Below are positions 1 to 9,800 of a stretch of DNA of 32,000 bases, one piece after another. The stretch is taken from the NCBI RefSeq assembly GCF_000009705.1, contig NC_003272.1:3180001-3212000 (forward strand), read 5' to 3'. The notes under the pieces were generated by a model. That model was not told the DNA's origin, did not search any database, and saw only the letters and a program-made list of their open reading frames with translations. Numbering within the stretch: the first letter of the stretch is position 1; the number at the start of each line of letters is the position of its first letter. Source of the DNA: Nostoc sp. PCC 7120 = FACHB-418. Its GTDB lineage: Bacteria > Cyanobacteriota > Cyanobacteriia > Cyanobacteriales > Nostocaceae. Made by a program: the position numbers and the translations under genes.

Positions 1-2305
1 TGTGCTGAACATGGGGGAGTTGTTGAAGTTGCTGTACTAATTTCCATGTCAGAGGTTCACCCGCTAAATTCACTGTGTTCACAGAATGAGGAATAGCATT
101 AAAGTTGAGAAGTTGAGTTATCGCACTTGGTACAGTATTAATTAACGTCACCTCATATTTAGCAGGTAAATTCGGCAATTCCAGAGCATTTTCTGCCAAA
201 ATTACCTTACCCCCCCAACAAAGCGGGACAAAAATCTCAAACACCGATAAATCAAAACAAATAGAAGTAGCCGCCAACACCCCAGAAATCGCCTCATCAC
301 AAAAAACCTCACGCGCCCAGTACAATAAACAAACTGGACTGCGATGCTCAATCATCACCCCTTTAGGCTTACCCGTAGAACCCGAAGTATAAATCAAATA
401 AGCCAAATTCCCCGGCGTAACATCCGTCACAGGATTAGTAACAGGATATTCCCCAACACTCTCCCAATCTCCTAAATCAACAACCTTCTTTTCTTCCTTT
501 GCGTCTTTGCGCCTTTGCGTGAGCATTACCTCCACTTTCGCATCATCCAAAATATACTGTAATCTCTCATCAGGATAAGCCGGATCGAGCGGAACATAAA
601 AACCCCCAGCCTTGAGAATAGCTAACATCCCAATCACCATTTCCGGGGAACGTTCCAGACAAATTCCCACAGGCGTTTCTGGCTTAACTCCCAAAGTTTG
701 TAAATAATAAGCCAGTTGATTAGCCTTAATATTAATTTCTCGATAAGTAAAAGCTTCCTCACCAAAAATCAAAGCAATTGCATCAGGAGTTCTTTCTACC
801 TGCGCTGCAAATAATTCATGAATACACTCATGAGTAGGATATTCCCGTGATGTCGCATTCCAATTATTTAATAATTCTGCTTCCTGAGCAGTTAATAAAG
901 ATAAATCAGATATTTTTGCATCAATATTTGTCACTATACTTTCTAAAAGCATCTGCCAATGCTCTGCTATTTGAGCAATAGTAGCAGCATCAAATAATTC
1001 CGAACTATATTCAAATTGTCCCTTGATTCCCTGGGGAGTATCTTGTAAATTTAGACGTAATTCATATTTGGCATTATCATCATTAATTGGCAACCTTTCT
1101 ACAGATAATCCTGTTAGTTGAGGTGGTTGTACTGTTGCCAGTTGTAAATCAAATTTTACCTGAAATAAAGGCATCATTTGATTGAGATGACGTTCAGGAT
1201 TCAGAACTTCTACCAACTTTTCAAAAGGTAAATGTTGATGAGCGAAAGCACCAAGCGTTACCTCACGTACTCGTTTTAATAATTCTGCTACTGTGGGATT
1301 TCCGTCTAAATTGGTACGCAATACTACAGTGTTGACTAATAAGCCAATGAGATTTTCTGTTTCCTGGCGATCGCGGTTAACAATATCTGTACCAATTAAT
1401 AAATCTTCTTCTCCTGTGTAGCGATATAGTAATACTTGAAAACTTGCCAGCAGCAGCATAAATAAGGTGACACTCTGCTTGGCAGCTAAGGTTTTCAACG
1501 CTTGTGATAAAGACGGAGAAAGAGCAACTGTATATTGTGAGCCAGAGTATGTAGATACATCTTTACGCAGAGTAGGTAACTGTAAAACAGGCAATTCACC
1601 GCCTAATTTTTGTTGCCAATAATTAATTTGTTCTTCTAAAAATGCACCTTGTAATTGTTGTCTTTGCCACAATGCCCAATCAGCATATTGAATAGGTAAT
1701 TCTGATAAGGGTGCAGCTTCTCCCCGCACATAAGCGGAATATAATAGAGAAATTTCTTTGAGAAAGACACCGACTGACCAACGGTCAGAAATAATATGAT
1801 GGGTTGTGATTAATAAAATATGTTCGTTTTCAGCTAACCGGAAGAGGCTAGTTTTGAATAAAGGTTGAGTTAAATCAAAGGGTGTTTGTGCGGCTGTTAA
1901 TGCTATTTTTTCGATTTCTTCGGTTGTGTCTATAATTTGTAAGGTGATGGGTTGCCAAGGTTCGATAATTTGAATGGGTTGATTTTCGGAGTTGGTTGGG
2001 AAATAAGTTCTTAATGTTTCGTGTCTTTTTCTGAGTTGGTTGATAGCTGATTCTAATGCGGATAGTTGTAAATTTCCGTGCATTTTTAGGACGCAGGGAA
2101 CGTTATAAATGTAGCTATCTGGCTCTAGTTGTTGGATGAACCAGAGGCGTTGTTGAGCAAAAGATAGGGGGATGTTTTCTGTTTGATTTAGTCGGGGAAT
2201 GGTGGAGGATTGAGGGAGGGTTAATCCTTTTTCTTTAAGGCGACGTTCAAATAAGGCTTTTTGTTCTGGGGTTAGGGTTGAGAGGATTTGTGAGTAGTTT
2301 GACAT
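1..2305 (-). CDS. Non-ribosomal peptide synthetase, N-terminal part only: docking region, LCL-type condensation domain, and adenylation domain to about core A5. It continues past the left edge.
   Basis: Absent from the supplied ORF track because it has no stop in the window. My hand translation of the minus strand from ATG 2305-2303 stays open to nt 2. It reads MSNYSQILSTLTPEQKALFERRLKEKG..., C1 LSFAQQRLWFIQQLEP, C3 HHIISDRWS, then A-domain cores LKAGGFYVPLDP, LAYLIYTSGSTGKPKGV, FDLSVFEIF, NTVPS, NLAGEPL. Partial specificity residues are D-L-F-N-N-A. Confidence 0.9.
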   Translation of the reverse strand, partial: MSNYSQILSTLTPEQKALFERRLKEKGLTLPQSSTIPRLNQTENIPLSFAQQRLWFIQQLEPDSYIYNVPCVLKMHGNLQLSALESAINQLRKRHETLRTYFPTNSENQPIQIIEPWQPITLQIIDTTEEIEKIALTAAQTPFDLTQPLFKTSLFRLAENEHILLITTHHIISDRWSVGVFLKEISLLYSAYVRGEAAPLSELPIQYADWALWQRQQLQGAFLEEQINYWQQKLGGELPVLQLPTLRKDVSTYSGSQYTVALSPSLSQALKTLAAKQSVTLFMLLLASFQVLLYRYTGEEDLLIGTDIVNRDRQETENLIGLLVNTVVLRTNLDGNPTVAELLKRVREVTLGAFAHQHLPFEKLVEVLNPERHLNQMMPLFQVKFDLQLATVQPPQLTGLSVERLPINDDNAKYELRLNLQDTPQGIKGQFEYSSELFDAATIAQIAEHWQMLLESIVTNIDAKISDLSLLTAQEAELLNNWNATSREYPTHECIHELFAAQVERTPDAIALIFGEEAFTYREINIKANQLAYYLQTLGVKPETPVGICLERSPEMVIGMLAILKAGGFYVPLDPAYPDERLQYILDDAKVEVMLTQRRKDAKEEKKVVDLGDWESVGEYPVTNPVTDVTPGNLAYLIYTSGSTGKPKGVMIEHRSPVCLLYWAREVFCDEAISGVLAATSICFDLSVFEIFVPLCWGGKVILAENALELPNLPAKYEVTLINTVPSAITQLLNFNAIPHSVNTVNLAGEPLTWKLVQQLQQLPHVQH
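496..519 (-). repeat. Octamer array CCTTTGCG/TCTTTGCG/CCTTTGCG (complement CGCAAAGG type), 24 nt, in frame inside the A domain of the partial NRPS.
   Basis: Read directly. It encodes ..TQRRKDAKEE.. between cores A2 and A3. It belongs to the same repeat family as the intergenic arrays. Confidence 0.8.
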
Positions 2306-2314
2306 TTTTTTTAA

Positions 2315-2353
2315 CGCAGAGGTACGCGGAGGTAGGCGCGGAGGTACGCGGAG
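2315..2353. repeat. Intergenic GC-rich repeat CGCAGAGG-TA-CGCGGAGG-TAGG-CGCGGAGG-TA-CGCGGAG.
   Basis: Read directly. It fills most of the 51-nt spacer between the PKS stop (2357) and the next NRPS start (2305). Confidence 0.9.
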
Positions 2354-2356
2354 TTT

Positions 2357-5300
2357 TTAGGAGAGGTGGTTGAGTTGTTGGCGGATTTGTTCTGGGGTGA
2401 GGGTTTGGATTTCTGTGAGTAGGGCTGTCATTTGTTCTAGGTTTTGGTTTTGGGTGGTGATGATTGTGGCGATTGCGGCGATTGTGGGTGCTTCGTAGAG
2501 GAGGTTTCGCATTGAGAGTTCGACACCAAAGCGATCGCGTAATCTGGAAATGGCTTGGATGGCTAGTAGGGAGTGTCCGCCTAAGTCGAAGAAGCTATCA
2601 TTAATTCCTATGGGGGAAATTCCTAATAGGTCTTGCCAAATTTGGGCGATCGCTGTTTCAATTTCGTCACGGGGTGCAATATATTCATTGGTGAGTTGGG
2701 GACGGGTGTAGCTGTTATTGGTTTCTGTTTTGGTTTTGGTTGGGGTGTTTGTTACCCACTTTTCTAAACGTTTGTCTAAGTCAGATTTTGTAACTACAAC
2801 CGATTCTGGTAAACCCAATTTGATAATATGTTGGGTTGATTGCCATACTTCTGCCGGTGTGAGTGCTAATGTTACTAAATTGGCGGCGAAACTATGATTA
2901 ATATCTGTTTCTAAGTCGCTACGACAAGCATCCCAGTTAATGCTAATCCAGGGGAATTTGCTATTTTGATTTTGTTGGATAGCAAACATATCAATTACTG
3001 CATTCGCCGCAGCGTATACGGCTAAACCTAACCCACCTAACACTGTGGACAGGGAAGATTGTAATACACAGAAATCTAAAGGTTTATCCCGCAAAACTTC
3101 AGCTAAAACACATAAGCCCTGGATTTTGGTACGGTAGTTATATTCCCAGTGTTTTGTAGTTAATTGGGGTAAAAATGCCATTGAATGCTCATTGCTCATG
3201 GGTGTGGAGTAAAATACCCCATTTATTTGTCCGAATTTTGTTTCGGCTTGAGCTATAGCATTTTCTAATTCTGCTTGCTTGGTAATATCTATATTGAGTG
3301 ATAAGTAATCAATACCAACATTATCTAAACTTTGTTTGAGAGTTTCGGTAATGACATCACTAAGTAGCACTAATCGCACTGAATTTTTCATCAGAAATTC
3401 AGCAAATACTGTTCCTAAACCCGTTGTTAAGTCTCCCAAAATTACATAATTTCCTCCTTCATGTACAGATATTTTTGATTGTGCATCGTCCATTAATAAG
3501 GGTTTATAAATTTGATTCCATCTATAATTACCCCGATAAGCAACTACAGAATCATTCTGATTATTTAAACATTCTGTAATTAATTGTTGGGCGATTTGTT
3601 CATTTGTACTAGCTACAGTGGATAATGAAATATCAACACAGCGACAAGTTAATTGTGGTATTTCTTGAGAAATCACTTTACCCATACCCCAAACTGTCGC
3701 TTTCATGGGTTGAATATTTTCATTCCCTAACAACAATTGCCCATCATTTGTTACCAAAGTTAATGTTATTTCTCGCTCAATTGACTGTGATGAAATTGCT
3801 TGCGCTAAATACAACAAACTGAGTGGTTGCTGTTGTAAATCAGTTAAATCCCATAAATATAAAATATGGTGAGGAATGAGTTCTCGCAGTTCTAAATCTG
3901 ACCACAATTCCACAAAATCCTGTGAGTTTTGGGGATTAACTGTAAAAGTACGATATGCAGGTTGGTCGTATTTTTCACCTTGGCTCACAATAATTACATC
4001 ATGTCCAACCGCTTGTAGCGTATTAATTATTTCTTGATAAATACCGTAATTATCTGTAAACACCAACCAACACAAGCGTTTTTCAGCTATGTCTACTTGG
4101 GGATGAGGTAAACTACGTTCCCAAGAGGGAAGATAAAGCCGGGGACTGGGTATATTCTCGCTCCCCTGCTCTCCTGCTTTCAAATCAATCCAGTAACGCT
4201 GACGTTGAAAAGGATAGGTGGGTAATGGTAAACGTTGACGTTGTTGGTGTGTGTAGAAATTTTCCCAATCAATTGATACACCTGCTAACCACAATTGACC
4301 CAAGGTTTGCAGTAAAAATGCTACATCTGATTGTGTATCTTGGGGATGACGTAAGGAAGATAAAATTGTATGGCTGTTGGTTTGTTGTTTGGCTAAGGTA
4401 GCAAGTGTTCGTCCTGCTCCTACTTCTAGTAAAATTTGCTGAGGTTCTGTTAGCAGTTCTTTGATTCCTGTGGCAAATTGTACAGGTTGACGTAAGTGAT
4501 TTACCCAGTAGTGCGGATCAGTTGCTTGTTCTGCTGTAATCCAAGTTCCTGTAACGTTAGAAATAAAGGGAATTTTGGGTGTTTGCAGTGTAATTTTCTG
4601 GAAAGCGGCGATAAATGGAGTAATCATGGACTCCATTAAGGGTGAGTGGAAAGCGTGAGATGTTTGTAATCTACGGTTAGAAATTCCCTGTTTATTTAAG
4701 TTTGTTTCTAGTTGAACGATTTCCGCTTCAGTACCAGATACTACACATAATTCTGGTGCATTGTATGCCGCTATGACTAAATTATCTGTCAACAGAGGTT
4801 GTAGTTTAGCTGCTGACATTCCTACTGAGAGCATTGCACCAGTTGGACATTGCTGCATTAAACGACCACGCAATGCGACTAATTTTAAAACATCGGGGAG
4901 AGAAAAGACACCTGCTAAAGTGGCTACTACGTATTCGCCGAGACTATGACCAATCATGGCCTGTGGTTGAATACCCCAAGATATCCATAATTTTGCTAAG
5001 GCATATTCGATTATAAATAATGCTGGTTGTGCGTAGATGGTTTGGGACTGGGGACTGGGGACTGGGGACTGGGGACTGGGAATGCTTTCTGTTTCAAATA
5101 GGATGGATAGCAAATCTAACCCCAAATCATGCTGTAATAATTCACAGCAATGATCTATTTGCTCTCGAAATATAGCTTCTGTCTCATATAATTCCTTACC
5201 CATGTTGAGGTAATGACTACCTTGTCCGGGAAACATGAAGGCGATACTTGGGCTTTTTTCGGAATTTGTATGAGTGTATTTAGTTTCTTTCTCTAAAATT

Positions 5301-6823
5301 TGCGCTGCTTCTTCTGTGGTTTGACACAACACCATCCGGCGATATGCAAAATGTTGTCGTCCTATGTGGAGGGTATAAGCAATATCTGCAAGGTTGAATT
5401 GTGGATGCTGTTGTAAATATGTAGCCAGATTAATTGTTGCTTCTTCAAGAGCTTTTTCACTTTTAGCCGATAAACATAACATCTGATAATTAATTTTGAA
5501 TTTTGAATTTTGAATTTTGAATTTAATTGGTGCTTCTTCTAAAATTACATGAGCATTTGTCCCCCCAATTCCAAAGGAACTGACACCAGCACGGCGGGGA
5601 GTTTTATCTGTTTCCCAGTCAACTAAATTAGTATTCACATAAAAGGGTGTTTGGGAAAAATCTATTTGGGGATTTGGTTGTTGAAAATGTAAATTGGGGG
5701 GAATTTGTTGGTGTTTGAGTGCTAAAACTGTTTTGATTAAACTGGCAATTCCTGCTGCTGCATCTAAGTGTCCGATGTTGGTTTTTACTGATGATATGGC
5801 ACAAAATCCAGTTTTTTCTGTTCCGGCGCGGAAGGCTTGAGTTAAAGCAGCAATTTCAATGGGATCTCCTAATGCTGTTCCTGTTCCGTGGGTTTCAATA
5901 TAACTAATATCTGCTGGTTCTACTCCAGCTAATGCTTGTGCGGCGCGAATTACTGCTGCTTGGGTATCAATTCTCGGTGCTGTGTAACTGACTTTTAAAC
6001 CGCCATCATTATTAATAGCTGAACCTTTAATTACAGCATGAATATAATCTCTATCTTCAATAGCTTCTTGCAGTCTTTTAAGGACAACGATACCTAAACC
6101 ACTACCTGCAATTGTTCCTTGAGCATCAGCATCAAAGGCGCGACAATGACCATCAGGTGAGTAAATTCCGCCTTCTTGATATAAGTAACCTGTGGCTTTT
6201 GCTAAGGATACACCCCCTGCTAGGGCTATGTCGCATTCTCCACTTAATAAACTCTGACAAGCTACATGAACTGCTACTAAGGATGTGGAACAAGCTGTTT
6301 GAATATCTAAACTTGGGCCTCGTAAATTTAATTTATAAGAAACTCTGGTGGTGAGAAAGTCTTTATCGTTGGATAAAAATAGTTGATAGCGGCTAATTTG
6401 ATTTTGAATTTGTGGGTTTGTAATTAGGTTTAATAAATAGTTATTCATGGCTGCACCGGCATAAACTCCAATTGCTCCGGTGTAGTTTTCTGGGTTATAT
6501 CCTGCGTCTTCTAAGGCTGTCCAAGCACATTCTAAAAATAGTCTGTGCTGGGGGTCGAGAATTTCTGCTTCTCTGGGGTTAAAGCCAAAAAATTCTGCGT
6601 CAAAGTATTCTATGTTGTCTATTATGGCTTGTCTTTTGACGTAATTGGGATGTTTTAATTGTGTGGGGTCTACGCCGTTTTTTTGGATTTGTTCGTCGGT
6701 TAAGTTGGTGATTGATTCTACTCCGTTGCGGAGGTTTTGCCAATATTCTTCTAGGTTATTAGCACCGGGGAATTTACCGTTTATGCCAATTATTGCTATT
6801 TCTAGTCCTGTGGGGTTGTTCAT
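2357..6823 (-). CDS. Type I polyketide synthase module: KS - AT (malonyl-type) - KR (with structural psi-KR half) - carrier domain of NRPS (PCP) type.
   Basis: 1488-aa ORF. KS motifs: DIQTACSTSL (Cys178, codon 6290-6292), ETHGTGT, KTNIGHL. AT motifs: FMFPGQGS, GHSLGEY, SHAFHS (HAFH = malonyl type). KR motifs: YVILGDLTTGLG, RTKIQG, LQSSLSTVLG, AVYAAANAV. Carrier: YIAPRDEIETAIAQIWQDLLGI...FFDLGGHSLLAIQ. C-terminal helical tail TLTPEQIRQQLNHLS. Stop TAA at 2359-2357. Confidence 0.95.
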   Translation of the reverse strand: MNNPTGLEIAIIGINGKFPGANNLEEYWQNLRNGVESITNLTDEQIQKNGVDPTQLKHPNYVKRQAIIDNIEYFDAEFFGFNPREAEILDPQHRLFLECAWTALEDAGYNPENYTGAIGVYAGAAMNNYLLNLITNPQIQNQISRYQLFLSNDKDFLTTRVSYKLNLRGPSLDIQTACSTSLVAVHVACQSLLSGECDIALAGGVSLAKATGYLYQEGGIYSPDGHCRAFDADAQGTIAGSGLGIVVLKRLQEAIEDRDYIHAVIKGSAINNDGGLKVSYTAPRIDTQAAVIRAAQALAGVEPADISYIETHGTGTALGDPIEIAALTQAFRAGTEKTGFCAISSVKTNIGHLDAAAGIASLIKTVLALKHQQIPPNLHFQQPNPQIDFSQTPFYVNTNLVDWETDKTPRRAGVSSFGIGGTNAHVILEEAPIKFKIQNSKFKINYQMLCLSAKSEKALEEATINLATYLQQHPQFNLADIAYTLHIGRQHFAYRRMVLCQTTEEAAQILEKETKYTHTNSEKSPSIAFMFPGQGSHYLNMGKELYETEAIFREQIDHCCELLQHDLGLDLLSILFETESIPSPQSPVPSPQSQTIYAQPALFIIEYALAKLWISWGIQPQAMIGHSLGEYVVATLAGVFSLPDVLKLVALRGRLMQQCPTGAMLSVGMSAAKLQPLLTDNLVIAAYNAPELCVVSGTEAEIVQLETNLNKQGISNRRLQTSHAFHSPLMESMITPFIAAFQKITLQTPKIPFISNVTGTWITAEQATDPHYWVNHLRQPVQFATGIKELLTEPQQILLEVGAGRTLATLAKQQTNSHTILSSLRHPQDTQSDVAFLLQTLGQLWLAGVSIDWENFYTHQQRQRLPLPTYPFQRQRYWIDLKAGEQGSENIPSPRLYLPSWERSLPHPQVDIAEKRLCWLVFTDNYGIYQEIINTLQAVGHDVIIVSQGEKYDQPAYRTFTVNPQNSQDFVELWSDLELRELIPHHILYLWDLTDLQQQPLSLLYLAQAISSQSIEREITLTLVTNDGQLLLGNENIQPMKATVWGMGKVISQEIPQLTCRCVDISLSTVASTNEQIAQQLITECLNNQNDSVVAYRGNYRWNQIYKPLLMDDAQSKISVHEGGNYVILGDLTTGLGTVFAEFLMKNSVRLVLLSDVITETLKQSLDNVGIDYLSLNIDITKQAELENAIAQAETKFGQINGVFYSTPMSNEHSMAFLPQLTTKHWEYNYRTKIQGLCVLAEVLRDKPLDFCVLQSSLSTVLGGLGLAVYAAANAVIDMFAIQQNQNSKFPWISINWDACRSDLETDINHSFAANLVTLALTPAEVWQSTQHIIKLGLPESVVVTKSDLDKRLEKWVTNTPTKTKTETNNSYTRPQLTNEYIAPRDEIETAIAQIWQDLLGISPIGINDSFFDLGGHSLLAIQAISRLRDRFGVELSMRNLLYEAPTIAAIATIITTQNQNLEQMTALLTEIQTLTPEQIRQQLNHLS
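5044..5081. repeat. Heptamer tandem array GGGACTG x5 (+GGA). The complement CAGTCCC is a cyclic permutation of STRR1 CCCCAGT. It is in frame inside the PKS AT domain.
   Basis: Read directly. It encodes IPSPQSPVPSPQS between LSILFETES and QTIYAQPALF. Confidence 0.9.
5492..5524. repeat. Heptamer tandem array AATTTTG x4 (+AATTT), in frame in the KS-AT linker of the PKS.
   Basis: Read directly. It encodes KFKIQNSKFKI. Confidence 0.9.
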
Positions 6824-6837
6824 ATAGGTTTTTTAAA

Positions 6838-6877
6838 CGCAGAGGGGCGCAGAGGTAAGCGCAAAGGTGCGCGGAGA
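6838..6877. repeat. Intergenic GC-rich repeat CGCAGAGG-GG-CGCAGAGG-TAAG-CGCAAAGG-TG-CGCGGAGA.
   Basis: Read directly. It occupies most of the 67-nt spacer between the Gly-module NRPS stop (6891) and the PKS start (6823). Confidence 0.9.
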
Positions 6878-6890
6878 GTTTTTTTGAGGG

Positions 6891-9800
6891 TTAGGTTTTT
6901 AGTCTTGTTTGTCTTTGTTGGAGGAGTCTTTGTTTTCCGGTTTGTTGTTGGGAGATTCTGTTTTCTATTTCTTTATCTGATGTGGGGGTGTTTTGGGTTA
7001 GGTATTTTGCTAGGGAGTTGATGGTGGGATAACGGAATAGGTCTACTAGGGGTATGTTTTGATTGAGTTTTAGGGTGAGTTGTCCTTGCATTCTTACTAT
7101 TAATAATGAATGTCCTCCTAAGTCGAAGAAGTTATCATGAATGCTGATTTTTTCTCTACCTAATAATTGTTGCCAAATATCAGACAGGGTTTGTTCGATT
7201 TGGGTTTGCGGTGGTATGAAATTATTAGTGGTTGTTAAAGGTAAATTGTTGGATTTTGGTAATGCTTTGCGGTCTATTTTACCGTTGGGTGTGAGGGGGA
7301 ATTTTTCTAATAATATGAATGCCGATGGCATCATATATATAGGTAGTTTTTCACCTAAAAATGTGCGTAGTTCTGTGGGGATAATTTCAGGGTGGGAGAC
7401 TATATAGGCTACTAAACGCTGTTCTCCTGGTTCATCTTCTCGCAGGGTGACTACTGCTTGTTCTACTGCGGGATGTTGTGCTAGTACCGCTTCTATTTCT
7501 CCTAGTTCGATGCGAAATCCGCGAATTTTGATTTGATAATCTAGTCTCCCTAAGTATTCGAGTTTACCATCTCTTAGGTAGCGGACGCGATCGCCTGTTT
7601 TGTATAAGGGAGTAGGGAGTAGGGAGTAGGGAGTAGGGTAATTTCTCTGCCCAGTCCCCAGTCCCTTAAATCTCTCTGCTGTTAAGTCTGGGCGTTTCCA
7701 ATATCCTCTGGCGACTCCTGCACCACCAATATATAATTCTCCTGGTACGCCGATGGGGACGGGTTGTAACTGTTCGTCGAGGATGTAAAATTGTGTGTTG
7801 GCGATGGGATGACCGATGGTTACGGGTTCATCTATACTTAGTTTCTGGGCTGCTGACCAAATTGTGGTTTCTGTTGGGCCGTATAGATTCCAGACTTCTT
7901 GACTGCAAGATAATAACTGTTGGGCTAGGGTATTCTCTAGTGCTTCGCCACCACAGAGGATTTTTAAGTCCTGTTTCCCTTCCCAACCACTGGCTAGAAG
8001 TAACCGCCAAGTTGCGGGGGTGGCTTGCATGATGGTAATTTGATGGTGTTCTATGCAGTTGGCGAGTTGGCGAGGGTCAACTAAGGCTGTTTGGGGGGGT
8101 AATACGACTTGTGCGCCTGCAATTAAGGGGAGAAATAATTCTAAGGCGGCGATGTCAAAGGCGATGGTGGTGACTGCTAGGAGTTTGTCGTTAGGGGTGA
8201 TTGATAAACGTTGTTTCAGGTCTGTTAAGATGTTAACGAGCGATCGCCCTTCAATCATCACCCCTTTTGGTTGCCCTGTTGACCCAGATGTATAAATTAA
8301 ATAAGTTAGTTGTTCTGGTGTTACTTTAATTTGTGGGTCAAATATTGGCTGCTGGCTAATATCTTCCTCTAATTCATCGAGGTTAATTGTTGCTATTTTG
8401 TCAGTAATAACACTAGTTAAAGATGTTTGTGTAAGCAACAATTTTAACTCTGCATCTGCCATCATGAAACGCAGACGTTCTGGGGGGAAGGTGGGGTCTA
8501 GTGGTACGTAGGCTGCACCAGCTTTGAGGATACCCAGTAGGGCTATGATTAATAATGGCGATGAACGCTCTAAATAAACCCCAATTCTGGCTTCTGGTTT
8601 GATTCCTAGTTGTAGTAGATAATGGGCGATTTGGTTGGATTTGGCGTTTAATTCGGCATAAGTTAGGGTTTTATCTGCAAATACAACTGCTGTCGCGTCC
8701 GGTGTTTGTTGTGCTTGCTGGCTGATGATTTCATGAACACATTGCTGAGGAATTTCCTGTGTTGTGGCGTTCCAGTCAATGAGTATTTGCTGTTGTTGGG
8801 TGGGACTGAGAAATGGGAGTGTGGCTAAATTACAATCTCCCTGTGTCATTCCTAACAACAGGGTTTCTAACTGTTCTAAGATTTGGGTGATGGTGGTATG
8901 GTGAAAGCGATCGCTATCATATAAAATTCTCAAAGCAAGCTGAGAATCCACCACTGCATACAGCGTCAGAGGATAATTCGTCTGTTCCGTAGCTTGAATA
9001 TTGCGAATTTCCAAAGATGCTAAAGACTGTTTCAGAGCAGGTTCAATGGGATAATTTTCAAATACCACCAAGGTTTCAAATAGTGGTATGGATGGTGAAA
9101 CTTGACTCCAACGATGAATATCTACTAAAGAACTATATTCATATTGCCGTATTTCTACTTGCTGATTTTGTAGCTTTTGCAACCATTGATATAGTGTCTC
9201 TTCAGGAGAAACTAACACCCGGAATGGTAAGGTATTGATAAATAATCCCACCATTGCATCAGCACCATTCAGCGCACTGGGACGACCTGCACTAACGGTA
9301 GCAAATAAAACATTTTTTTCCCCACTATAGCGACTTAACAACAACGCCCAAGCACCTTGGACAAAGGTATTGATGGTTAATTGTTGTTGTTTGGCTAGGG
9401 TTTGCAGTTTGCTAGTTAATTCGACTGAAAGCTGAATTTTTTCCTCGTGATAATGACTATGTAAATTATCGGGACGAACATCTAGGTTTTGACCAACATT
9501 TAACTGCGTTGGCGACACAAACCCCTGTAATTGCTGTTTCCAAAAAGTCTCAGCTTCCGCCAAGTTTTGTTGCTGTAACCACCCAATATAATCTCGATAG
9601 CGACGTGGGTTGAGTAAAACAGGTGTTTGTTGTTGAATATATGCTTGATAAATAACAATAAATTCTTTTAAAAGTACCTGAACAGACCAACCATCTAATA
9701 ATAAATGGTGATAACTCCAAACAAACTGATAAACTTCAGATTTTAACTGAATGAGTGTCATTTGCATCAGAGGTGCTTGGGATAAATTAAATCCCTGTTC

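Noticed and set aside
1-2305. A heterocyclisation (Cy) domain or Cys activation in the partial NRPS, prompted by NLAGEPL and the D-L-F-N-N-A residues.
   Set aside because: The condensation domain has a normal HHIISDRWS motif rather than the DxxxxD of Cy domains. The DLFNNA prefix fits the code I recall for Ala better than the Cys codes (DLYNLSLIWK, DHESDVGITK). Four code positions are still outside the window, so the call stays tentative.
2951-2975. A degenerate ATTTTG-ATTTTG repeat (encoding QNQNSKF) in the KR region, as a further heptamer array.
   Set aside because: There are only two imperfect 6-nt copies. The resemblance to the AATTTTG array at 5492-5524 may be coincidental in AT-rich DNA.
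3600-4160. A dehydratase domain between AT and KR in the PKS.
   Set aside because: The ~190-aa segment (..RLCWLVFTDNYGIYQEIINTLQAVGHDVIIVSQG..) lacks an HxxxGxxxxP motif. It looks like the structural (psi) half of a KR, as in KS-AT-KR modules.
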